Assembly: GCA_047602425.1 (NCBI GenBank)
Contig: JASGHG010000001.1
Location: 2,144,001-2,208,000 of the forward strand
Length of the DNA: 64,000 nt
Source of the DNA: Nibricoccus sp.
GTDB taxonomy: Bacteria; Verrucomicrobiota; Verrucomicrobiia; Opitutales; Opitutaceae
Direction: 5' to 3'
Shown: one piece after another, positions 1 through 8,044 of the stretch
How positions within the stretch are numbered: the first letter of the stretch is position 1
Layout of the letters: every line of letters starts with the position of its first letter
Notes under the pieces: generated by a model
Database searches by the model: none
Seen by the model: the letters and a program-made list of their open reading frames with translations, nothing else
What the model was told of the DNA's origin: nothing
Translations under genes and position numbers: made by a program

Positions 1-29
1 TTCGGAACATGGATATTACCCCGCCTTTC

Positions 30-70
30 CTCCGTGCCCTCTGTGTCCGAGCTCTGTGTTCTCTGTGGCC
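30..70. repeat. Right arm of a CACAGAG/CTCTGTG 9-mer inverted-repeat element (left arm probably upstream of the window)
   Basis: ctccgtgcc-ctctgtgtc-cgag-ctctgtgtt-ctctgtggcc is nearly identical to 1612-1652. Confidence 0.8.
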
Positions 71-82
71 TGATCGACACCC

Positions 83-511
83 ATGAAAATCCGCCAAGTT
101 TCCGTCTTTCTCGAAAACCGTCCCGGCCGTCTCGCCGCGCTTTGCCGCACCCTTGCCGATGCCGGCGTGAACCTCAATACGCTGATGCTTTCCGAAACTG
201 GCGAGTTCGGATTGTTTCGGTTCATCGCCAACGATGCCGACAAAGCCAAAGCCGTTGCCGAAAAAGCCGGTTATGCCGTCACTACCAGCGAAGTTCTCGC
301 CATCCAGGTTTCCGACAAACCCGGCGGTCTTGCGGACATTCTGGCGTTGCTCGAACCGCACAAAATCTCCGTCGACTACATGTACGCATTCGTCTGCCGA
401 CAGGGCCGGGCAATCATGATCATTCGCTTCGACGACCTCGACCGCGCCAGTGATGTGCTGCTCAAAGCAAACGTGAATGTTTTTAAAGCGGTTGATCTGC
501 TGAAGGCCTAA
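83..511 (+). CDS. ACT-domain (tandem ACT) amino acid-binding protein
   Basis: QVSVFLENRPGRLA and DKPGGLADIL..VDYMYAF motifs; type usually found beside phenylacetate-CoA ligase genes. Confidence 0.9.
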   Translation: MKIRQVSVFLENRPGRLAALCRTLADAGVNLNTLMLSETGEFGLFRFIANDADKAKAVAEKAGYAVTTSEVLAIQVSDKPGGLADILALLEPHKISVDYMYAFVCRQGRAIMIIRFDDLDRASDVLLKANVNVFKAVDLLKA

Positions 512-683
512 GTTTCGCATAAGCTTTTGGGGATAAACCGCAAGGACACGCCATTACGCGTCGTTCTTACTCAGCTCTGGCCAATTTCTGCGCTACAAGA
601 GGCAGAATGTGGCGTGTGCCAGCGCAGCCGTTGGGCTAAACTCGCCTTAAGCAAACTTTCATTCGTGTCGTCGCCTGATTCAT

Positions 684-1526
684 ATGCACCGCATCGTCGC
701 CAAAGCGCAGCTTAGCCCCAATGTCACCCGTCTCGACCTCGAGGCGCCGCGCATCGCGAAGATCCGCCAGCCCGGCCAATTCGTCATCGTTCGCCGCGGG
801 CCTCGCGCCGAACGCATTCCTCTCACTATCGCCGATGCCAACCCGCACGCCGGCACCATCGCGCTCGTCATTCAAGCCGTCGGCAAAAGTACAAAGGAAC
901 TCGTCGCGCTCAACGTCGGCGACTCCATTCAGGATATTTCCGGCCCGCTTGGCATGCCCACCGAAATCATCGAAAAAGGTCGCGCGCTCTGTGTCGGCGG
1001 TGGCGTCGGTACTGCCGTTGTTCATCCGATCGCCCAAGGCCTGCACGCCAAGGGTGTCCATGTCACCAGCGTCATTGGCGGCCGCTCGAAGGAATGGGTC
1101 ATTTTCGAAAACGAACTCAAACGCCTCGGCGACGTGGTCGTCTGCACCGACGACGGCAGCTACAGTCGCAAAGGCTTCGTCACCGATGCCGCCAAGGAAA
1201 TTCTCACCGCTGGCGGCATCGATATTGTCTACGCCGTTGGCCCCGTGCCGATGATGCGCGCCATCGCCAATCTCACCAAGCCTTTCGGCGTCCACACGAT
1301 CGTCTCGCTCAACCCCGTCATGGTCGATGGCACCGGCATGTGCGGCGGCTGTCGCGTCGAGGTCGGCGGTGAAACGAAATTCGCCTGCGTCGACGGCCCC
1401 GAGTTCGACGGGCATAAAGTCGACTTCGACCTCCTCGCCGACCGCCTCTCCACCTACAAAACCCAGGAACAAGAGGCCACCACCTGCCAAAAAGACGGCA
1501 CCTGCCGCGTCGGCCTGATCAAGTAA
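684..1526 (+). CDS. nfnA: NfnA/SudB-like FAD/NAD-binding 2Fe-2S subunit (ferredoxin:NADP+ oxidoreductase small subunit)
   Basis: PGQFVI, ERIPLTI, GGGVG and MVDGTGMCGGCRV..CVDGPEF (Asp-ligated 2Fe-2S motif). Confidence 0.88.
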   Translation: MHRIVAKAQLSPNVTRLDLEAPRIAKIRQPGQFVIVRRGPRAERIPLTIADANPHAGTIALVIQAVGKSTKELVALNVGDSIQDISGPLGMPTEIIEKGRALCVGGGVGTAVVHPIAQGLHAKGVHVTSVIGGRSKEWVIFENELKRLGDVVVCTDDGSYSRKGFVTDAAKEILTAGGIDIVYAVGPVPMMRAIANLTKPFGVHTIVSLNPVMVDGTGMCGGCRVEVGGETKFACVDGPEFDGHKVDFDLLADRLSTYKTQEQEATTCQKDGTCRVGLIK

Positions 1527-1540
1527 ATTTCAACCCTCGT

Positions 1541-1652
1541 CACAGAGTACACAGAGCTCCGACACAGAGAACACTGAGCCAATCCAAAACCAACTTTCCG
1601 CACCCTCCGTCCTCTGTGCCCTCTGTGTCCGAGCTCCGTGACCTCTGTGGCC
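1541..1652. repeat. Complete CACAGAG-type inverted-repeat element (38-bp arms built of 9-mers)
   Basis: Left arm 1541-1578 matches the reverse complement of 1612-1649 at 31/38 positions by manual count. Confidence 0.85.
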
Positions 1653-1674
1653 CGCTCCGAATTCTCCTTCTGCC

Positions 1675-3123
1675 ATGTCCGATCTTCCCGCCTCCTCCGC
1701 AGCCGCCGCTCCGAAAAAGATGACGCCCAAAGAGCGCATGGCCATCCAGCGCCAGCGCATGCCCGAACAGGACGCCACCGCGCGCGCCCACAATTTCTGC
1801 GAGGTCAACCTCGGTCTGCCCGAGCAAATGGCCGTGCTCGAAGCCCAGCGCTGCATCCAATGCAAAGATCCAAAATGCGTCCAAGGCTGCCCCGTACGCG
1901 TCAATATCCCCCGCTTCATCGATTTCCTCGCCAAAGGCGATCTACCCGGCGCCGCCGATAGCCTTCTCTCCGACAATGCCCTGCCCTGCGTCACCGGACG
2001 CGTCTGCCCGCAGGAAACCCAGTGCGAAGAGGTCTGCATCCGCGGCGTGAAAAGTGAATCCGTCGGCATCGGCTATCTCGAACGCTTCGTCGCCGACTGG
2101 GCGATGAAAAACGGCACGACCGCCGCTGCAAAACCCGTTCCCACCGGCAAAAAAGTTGCCGTCGTCGGCGCCGGCCCCGCCGGACTTACCGCCGCTGGCG
2201 AACTCGCCAAAGCCGGCCATGACGTCACCGTTTACGAAGCGCTCCACCAACCCGGCGGCGTACTCGTCTACGGCATCCCGGAATTTCGCCTGCCCAAGCA
2301 GATCGTCGACAAGGAAGTTCAGCGCCTCACCGACGCCGGCGTGAAGATCGAGTGCAACGTCGTCATTGGCCGCACTTACACGCTGCCCGAGCTTCGCGAA
2401 ACTTTCGACGCCATCTTCATCGCCAATGGCGCGGGCCTGCCTGTTTTCATGAATGTGCCAGGCGAAAATCTGAAGGGAGTGTATTCGGCCAATGAATACC
2501 TCACCCGCGTCAACTTGATGGCCGCGTACGAATTTCCCTCGGCCGACACGCCCGTGCTCGTTGGTAAGCGCGTCGCCGTCGTCGGTGGCGGCAATGTCGC
2601 GATGGACGCCGTGCGCACCGCCAAGCGCCTCGGCGCCGAGGTCGCCAGCATCGTCTACCGCCGAACCAAGGCCGAGATGCCAGCCCGCGTGGAGGAGGTT
2701 CATCATGCCGAGGCCGAGGGTGTTGTTTTCGAAATGCTCGTCGCTCCGCTCGCTGTCGTCGGCAACGACAAGAAGTGGGTCACCGGACTCAAATGCCAGC
2801 GCATGCAACTCGGCGAACCCGACGCTTCCGGTCGCCGCAGCCCCGTACCGATTTCCGGCTCTGAATTTGTCCTCGATTGCGATGTGGTCGTGGTCGCCAT
2901 CGGCACCCGCGCCAACCCACTCCTTACCGCCACGTGCCCTGAGTTAAAGCTCAACAAACGCGGCAATATTGAAGCCGACGAAAACGGCATGACCAGCATC
3001 CCTGGCGTCTTCGCCGGCGGCGACATCGTCCGCGGCGCCGCCACCGTGATCCTCGCCATGGGCGACGGCAAACGCTCCGCGAAGGCGATCAATCAGTATC
3101 TCAAAACCCCGCCCGCCATCTAA
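1675..3123 (+). CDS. nfnB: NfnB/SudA-like subunit (often annotated as homotetrameric NADPH-dependent glutamate synthase)
   Basis: RCIQC..CVQGCP, GRVCPQETQCE, GAGPAG, YGIPEFRLPK, GGGNVAMD, AGGDIVRGAATVILAM; follows the nfnA-like gene. Confidence 0.88.
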   Translation: MSDLPASSAAAAPKKMTPKERMAIQRQRMPEQDATARAHNFCEVNLGLPEQMAVLEAQRCIQCKDPKCVQGCPVRVNIPRFIDFLAKGDLPGAADSLLSDNALPCVTGRVCPQETQCEEVCIRGVKSESVGIGYLERFVADWAMKNGTTAAAKPVPTGKKVAVVGAGPAGLTAAGELAKAGHDVTVYEALHQPGGVLVYGIPEFRLPKQIVDKEVQRLTDAGVKIECNVVIGRTYTLPELRETFDAIFIANGAGLPVFMNVPGENLKGVYSANEYLTRVNLMAAYEFPSADTPVLVGKRVAVVGGGNVAMDAVRTAKRLGAEVASIVYRRTKAEMPARVEEVHHAEAEGVVFEMLVAPLAVVGNDKKWVTGLKCQRMQLGEPDASGRRSPVPISGSEFVLDCDVVVVAIGTRANPLLTATCPELKLNKRGNIEADENGMTSIPGVFAGGDIVRGAATVILAMGDGKRSAKAINQYLKTPPAI

Positions 3124-3212
3124 GCCGGGGTCAGTCCCGCCGCTCCGGACCCAGCCACCACCCTAGAACTGTCCCACAACCCTTCGACCGGACCGCCACT
3201 GATCGCCACGCG

Positions 3213-3313
3213 GTTTGTCATCTATTAAATGACAAAACTTAGAAACCCGCGTTTTCCCTCTTTAACTCCCTCGGCCTCGTTCAAGTCAGTTTGTCATTTA
3301 ATAGATGACAAAC
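3213..3313. repeat. Inverted pair of GTTTGTCAT-N7-ATGACAAA palindromes (REP-like)
   Basis: gtttgtcatctattaaatgacaaa at 3213-3236; reverse-complement copy gtttgtcatttaatagatgacaaac at 3289-3313. Confidence 0.9.
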
Positions 3314-3608
3314 CGCTCAGACACAAGTCGTGGTATGTGAATCGTTTCATCTCGAGATAGGCGGATGGGCAGAGTTGTGGCTCGCGGAATGCCGTTGGCC
3401 GCATAGCAGCGATCGATTGTCGGAAACGCTGAGTTTCACCGTCGTCACTTTCAGACCGCGCTGTGCACGTATCAATCATCACACCGGCTTTCGGGCTGGC
3501 GCGCCGTGCCTAATAGCTGCGCCGTCGCATCACTTCACCCTTACGCAACCAAGCACGAGGTCTACTCTCTTGCCTTTTGTCACCATCGCCAGCCACCAGA
3601 AATTTCCC

Positions 3609-4184
3609 ATGTCCCATACCAACACTCCTTCTAACAAACTCGCTAATCCAGCGGTTGTCGGTCTCGCCGGGTTCGGCCTGACCACACTCGTTCTCCAATT
3701 CCACAACGTCGGCTGGATGGAAACCGGTCCAGTCATTTGGCTCGGTCTCATCTTCGGTGGACTGGTACAACTGATCGCGGGGTTTCAGGAAATGAAAACC
3801 GGCAACAATTTCGGCTACTGCGCCTTCACCGCCTATGGTGCATTTTGGATCAGCCTTTGTCTGATGCTCGTCGGCAATAAATTCGGCTGGTTCGCCGTCT
3901 CCCATGCCGATGTCGGTTGGTTCCTCGTCGCCTGGACACTGTTTACCGTTATTCTCTGGGTCGGTTCAATGAAGATTCACGGCGCAATGGCCACGACCTT
4001 CACGCTGCTTCTGATTGGCTTCGTGCTCCTCGACATCGGCCATTTCGGCAACCCGGTTTTCAACAAATATGCCGGCTACGAACTCATGGCCTGCGCCCTC
4101 GCCGCTTGGTACATGATGGCCCGCATTATCCTCAACGACCTCTTCGGCCGCGAAATCCTCCCCGCCGGCAAAGCTTGGCTGTAA
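3609..4184 (+). CDS. satP: Acetate/succinate uptake transporter, GPR1/FUN34/YaaH (SatP) family
   Basis: ANPAVVGLAGFGLTT signature, GNNFGYCAFTAYGAFW, six hydrophobic segments; ATG at 3609 preferred over the upstream extension. Confidence 0.9.
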   Translation: MSHTNTPSNKLANPAVVGLAGFGLTTLVLQFHNVGWMETGPVIWLGLIFGGLVQLIAGFQEMKTGNNFGYCAFTAYGAFWISLCLMLVGNKFGWFAVSHADVGWFLVAWTLFTVILWVGSMKIHGAMATTFTLLLIGFVLLDIGHFGNPVFNKYAGYELMACALAAWYMMARIILNDLFGREILPAGKAWL

Positions 4185-4220
4185 CAAACTGACCTACAGG
4201 CTCTCATAGCCTCGCCTTCC

Positions 4221-4256
4221 AAAGCACGGCTTGCATCATGCGATCCGTGTTTTTTT
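4221..4256 (+). terminator. Rho-independent terminator after satP
   Basis: aaagcacgg..ccgtgttt stem followed by a T-run. Confidence 0.7.
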
Positions 4257-4289
4257 GCGCCCAAAACCACCCATTCGGTCCAAGAAGCG

Positions 4290-4391
4290 CTTGTCATCCA
4301 TTAGATGACAAACGTCTGCTGGATCGTTGTTTTTCGGAGGTGAAAGTTCCAAGTTGGGACTCGGCAGTTTGTCATCTATTAAATGACAAAC
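4290..4391. repeat. Pair of TTGTCAT-N7-ATGACAAA palindromes (REP-like)
   Basis: cttgtcatccattagatgacaaac at 4290-4313; gtttgtcatctattaaatgacaaac at 4367-4391. Confidence 0.9.
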
Positions 4392-4466
4392 GGGTCGGCG
4401 CCGTCTATTCGCTGCTAGATTTTTTGTGCGAAGAAGGGGCCCCCGCTTCCTTTCATTTGTGATGGT

Positions 4467-4514
4467 TACAGTAATGGTCTGCAGGCAACTGTACCGATCT
4501 CAATCGAACTGTAC
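4467..4514 (+). promoter_or_regulatory. Probable MocR autoregulatory operator
   Basis: AACTGTAC direct repeats at 4487 and 4507 plus an inverted TACAGT at 4467 (20-bp spacing), just upstream of a MocR gene. Confidence 0.6.
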
Positions 4515-4558
4515 TGCCTCTGCGCAGTTTTCCTGATTTCTGTTATGTTTCAATCGCC

Positions 4559-6007
4559 ATGATTCAGACCTTAACCAAGCCCGCTACGTCGCCGCTCTAT
4601 GTGGAGCTGGCCGATTCGTTACAACAACTCATTGAGCAAGGCACGCTGCGCGCCGGTCACCGCGTCCCTTCCGTGCGGAGAATGGCTCTCCAACGCGACG
4701 TGAGCATCTCGACGGTGCTACAGGCCTACACGGTTTTGGAAAATCGTGGGTACCTCGAAGCACGGCCACAATCAGGTTACTACGTTAAGCCGCGTTTGCC
4801 GTTCGAAATTCCGGAGCCACGCATGGCCAAGCCCATGGCCAAGCCCGCGTATGTTGGCACGAGCGATCTCACGGCGGATTTCATGGCCCGCGCCTCGGAC
4901 CCGGCTTGCATCCAACTCGGCGCCGCGTGCCCCGACACTTCGCTTTTTCCCGAACAAAAATTGGCGCGGCTTCTTGGTTCGGTCGCGCGTAACGATCCGA
5001 CGCTCATCGGCCGCTACGCCGTCAATGCCGCGTACGAACCGCTCACCAGAGAAATTGCCCGGCGTTACCTCCAAGCCGGCGTCGCGCTCTCGCACGAAGA
5101 AGTGATCGTCACCGTCGGCTGCACTGAGGCGCTCAACCTGGCGCTCCGCGCCGTAACCAAGCCCGGCGACACCGTAGCGCTCGAAACGCCCGCGTACTTC
5201 GGCATTCTCGAAACCATTCAGAGCCTCAATCTGCGCGTCCTCGAAATCCCCACCGATTCGCGCGAAGGCCTCTGCCTCGACGCGCTAAGGGAAGCCCTTT
5301 CGCGCAACGACGTGAAGGCGCTCTTTGTTATGCCGAGTTTCCAAAATCCCCTCGGCTCGTGCATGCCCGACGAGAAAAAGGAGAAATTGTATGAGCTCCT
5401 CTGCGAGTTCGACATTCCCGCGATCGAGGACGACATCTATGGGGACCTTCATTTCAGCGAGCGCCGCCCGAAGCCGCTCAAGGCTTGGGATACCGATGGC
5501 CGCGTGATGTTGTGCAGTTCCTTCGGCAAAACCCTCGCACCCGGAATGCGGGTGGGCTGGGTTTTCCCTGGACGTTGGTTAGAGCGCGTGCGGCGTCTCA
5601 AGTTTACGAATACACTCGGCACGCCCGTCGTGCTGCAGAAAACCGTCGCAAACTTCCTGCGCGATGGCGGCTACGACCACCACCTGCGCTCGATTCGCCG
5701 CGCGTATCAAAATCAGCTGCATCTTTTTTCGCAGGCCATTCTTCGCAATTTCCCGGTCGGCACGCGTCTTAGCCGGCCGCACGGCGGTTTCGTGCTCTGG
5801 GCGGAACTCCCGCCGCGCGTCGACACACTCAAGCTTCACAACGACGCGCTCAAGCAGCACATCGCCATCGCGCCTGGCATCCTCTTCTCCGTCAAGGAAC
5901 GCTATCGGAACTGCCTGCGCATCAATTGCGGCATACCATGGAGCCAGACGGTCGAGAATGCTGTCCGCGCAATCGGCGAGTTGGCCAAAAAGCAAATTCA
6001 AACATGA
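4559..6007 (+). CDS. MocR-subfamily GntR regulator (wHTH + PLP aminotransferase-like domain)
   Basis: LPS-like VPSVRRMA..SISTV..AY..LE..GYLEARPQSGYYV HTH; IEDDIY; SFGKTLAPGMRVGW (PLP lysine). Confidence 0.93.
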   Translation: MIQTLTKPATSPLYVELADSLQQLIEQGTLRAGHRVPSVRRMALQRDVSISTVLQAYTVLENRGYLEARPQSGYYVKPRLPFEIPEPRMAKPMAKPAYVGTSDLTADFMARASDPACIQLGAACPDTSLFPEQKLARLLGSVARNDPTLIGRYAVNAAYEPLTREIARRYLQAGVALSHEEVIVTVGCTEALNLALRAVTKPGDTVALETPAYFGILETIQSLNLRVLEIPTDSREGLCLDALREALSRNDVKALFVMPSFQNPLGSCMPDEKKEKLYELLCEFDIPAIEDDIYGDLHFSERRPKPLKAWDTDGRVMLCSSFGKTLAPGMRVGWVFPGRWLERVRRLKFTNTLGTPVVLQKTVANFLRDGGYDHHLRSIRRAYQNQLHLFSQAILRNFPVGTRLSRPHGGFVLWAELPPRVDTLKLHNDALKQHIAIAPGILFSVKERYRNCLRINCGIPWSQTVENAVRAIGELAKKQIQT

Positions 6008-6354
6008 AACCTCTTCGCGCCACCGTGAGCGATCTCCTGGCGGCTTTGCCCGGCCTTCCGACTCCTGCCTTCCCGGAAGGCCAGTGTTTTGCCACGGCTT
6101 TTCAGCATGGCTCAATGCGGGTCGAATTCTATGTCCCCCGCGGACACGATCCACAAACGCCGCACACCCAGGATGAACTTTATTTCATAGTATCTGGTTT
6201 TGGAAATTTCCTGCGCGACGATACCACGACGCCATTTGGCCCCGGCGACGTTCTTTTTGTGCCCGCCGGCGTGGTCCATCGTTTCGAAAATTTCTCGGAA
6301 GACTTCGCAACCTGGGTGGTGTTCTATGGTCAAGAAGGCGGAGAACGCCCATGA
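6004..6354 (+). CDS. Cupin-domain protein
   Basis: DPQTPHTQDELYFI and GDVLFVPAGVVHRFE cupin motifs; ATGA overlap with the MocR stop. Confidence 0.88.
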   Translation: MKPLRATVSDLLAALPGLPTPAFPEGQCFATAFQHGSMRVEFYVPRGHDPQTPHTQDELYFIVSGFGNFLRDDTTTPFGPGDVLFVPAGVVHRFENFSEDFATWVVFYGQEGGERP

Positions 6355-6935
6355 AAAAGACGGTCGCCATCCTCATCTTCGACGAAGTCGAAGTGCTCGA
6401 CTTCGCTGGACCTTTTGAAGTGTTCGGTGTGGCAAATGAATTGAGCAAGGGCACCGCTTTCAATCTCGTCACGGCCGCCACTTCGCGCGCCACGATCCGC
6501 ACCGTCAATGGTCTCAAAGTGCTTCCGGATCACACCCTCGAAGATTGCCCGGCGCCCGACGCGCTCATTGTGCCCGGCGGCGCCGGCACGCGCAAGCTGC
6601 TTAATCAGCCTACGCTTCTCGAGTGGTTGCGAATCAAGGCCCGTTCCGCCGAAATCGTCGCCAGTGTTTGCACCGGCGCCCTTCTGCTCGGCAAGATTGG
6701 ACTGCTCGATGGCATTCGCGTCACCACGCATCGCCAATGCCTCGACGAACTCCGCGCCATCGCGCCGGCTGCGATCGTCGATCCGTCTCACCGCTTTCAC
6801 GACAATGGCAAAATTTGCACTTCGGCCGGCATTTCCGCCGGCATCGATTTGAGTCTCCATCTTGTCGCGCGCCTGCTTGGCCCTGAAGCCGCCGCCCTAA
6901 CCGCCAGCTACATGGAATATGATCGCTGCACCTGA
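6351..6935 (+). CDS. DJ-1/PfpI family protein
   Basis: EVLDFAGPFEVF, VPGG, SVCTGA, TSAGISAGID. Confidence 0.92.
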   Translation: MKKTVAILIFDEVEVLDFAGPFEVFGVANELSKGTAFNLVTAATSRATIRTVNGLKVLPDHTLEDCPAPDALIVPGGAGTRKLLNQPTLLEWLRIKARSAEIVASVCTGALLLGKIGLLDGIRVTTHRQCLDELRAIAPAAIVDPSHRFHDNGKICTSAGISAGIDLSLHLVARLLGPEAAALTASYMEYDRCT

Positions 6936-7902
6936 TCATCGTCCAAGCCGGACCGCCTTCATTGTCGCCTTCGCCTCGATCTATATCATCTGGGGGAGCA
7001 CTTATCTTGGCATTCGCGTGGCGGTGGAAACCATTCCTCCGTTTTTCATGGGCGCGGGACGTTTTCTCCTGGCCGGTTTGGTTTTGCTCCTCGTTGTGCA
7101 ATGGCGGGGCGCAGCGCGGCCGACGGTCAAGCAGTGGCGCGACAACGCCATCATCGGCGCTTTTCTCCTGCTCGGCGGCAATGGTCTCGTATCGTGGGCC
7201 GAAAAGTCCCTGCATTCCGGGCTCACCGCGCTCATCATCGGGATTCAGCCGGTGTTCATGGTGCTGACCGAATGGGCCTGGCCCGGCGGGCACCGCCCCG
7301 GCCGCGCGACATTCCTCGGACTCGTGCTCGGTTTTGCTGGAGTTGCGTACCTTGTCTCGCCTTGGCAGGACACCGCCACAACCAACATCCATCTGCCTTC
7401 AGTCGCCCTTGTGCTGCTTGCGTGTGCATCGTGGGCCTTCGGTTCCATCTGGTCGCGGCACGTGAAAAATCCCGCGCCGGCTTTCCAAGCTTCCGCCCTG
7501 CAAATGATCGGTGGCAGCGCCTCGCTTTTTCTCGGCGGCATCCTTCATGGCGAGTTCGCCACTTTTAAGTTTTCCGCCATCAGCGGCGCATCCGTCGGCG
7601 CCTTTTTCTATCTCGCCTTCGTGGGTTCACTCGTGGGGTTTTCCACGTTCGTCTGGTTGATGAAAAACACCACACCCGCCCGCGTTTCCACTTATGCCTA
7701 TGTAAATCCGGTAGTCGCGGTGTTTCTCGGCTGGTTGATTCTGCGTGAAGAGATCACCCATCGGACGCTGTTGGCCACGGCGTTGATCGTAACAGGAGTC
7801 GTGATTATCAACACGCAAAAGGCACGCCAGCCAAAGCTTTCCGCCAAACCGGCCGGCCCGCTGACACCACAACCAGCCTCCAGCAGCAGTCGGGATCGTT
7901 GA
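6919..7902 (+). CDS. EamA/DMT family exporter (YedA-like)
   Basis: IYIIWGSTYL, STYAYVNPVVAVFLG, about ten transmembrane segments. Confidence 0.92.
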   Translation: MIAAPDHRPSRTAFIVAFASIYIIWGSTYLGIRVAVETIPPFFMGAGRFLLAGLVLLLVVQWRGAARPTVKQWRDNAIIGAFLLLGGNGLVSWAEKSLHSGLTALIIGIQPVFMVLTEWAWPGGHRPGRATFLGLVLGFAGVAYLVSPWQDTATTNIHLPSVALVLLACASWAFGSIWSRHVKNPAPAFQASALQMIGGSASLFLGGILHGEFATFKFSAISGASVGAFFYLAFVGSLVGFSTFVWLMKNTTPARVSTYAYVNPVVAVFLGWLILREEITHRTLLATALIVTGVVIINTQKARQPKLSAKPAGPLTPQPASSSSRDR

Positions 7903-8044
7903 CGCCGGACCAGCCCGATGTAGACAAAAACCATCGGCGTCGTTTGCATCGGCGCAGCCCTCTCATTTGTTTTCGCCCTCACCGCAAGTCAGGCTGGCGG
8001 ACTTTCCGCCATGCCACGGTGAACACACATTTTCCATTCTGACA

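Noticed and set aside
3330..3608. N-terminal ORF-track extensions on satP and likewise pyc, kduI, DUF4861, LysR and PEP-CTERM paralog 2
   Set aside because: Family-like sequence begins at downstream starts and the extensions look non-coding.
3213..4391. Clustered palindromic repeats as a possible CRISPR array
   Set aside because: Only pairs, mixed orientation, spacers over 50 bp, interrupted by a gene, and no cas genes.
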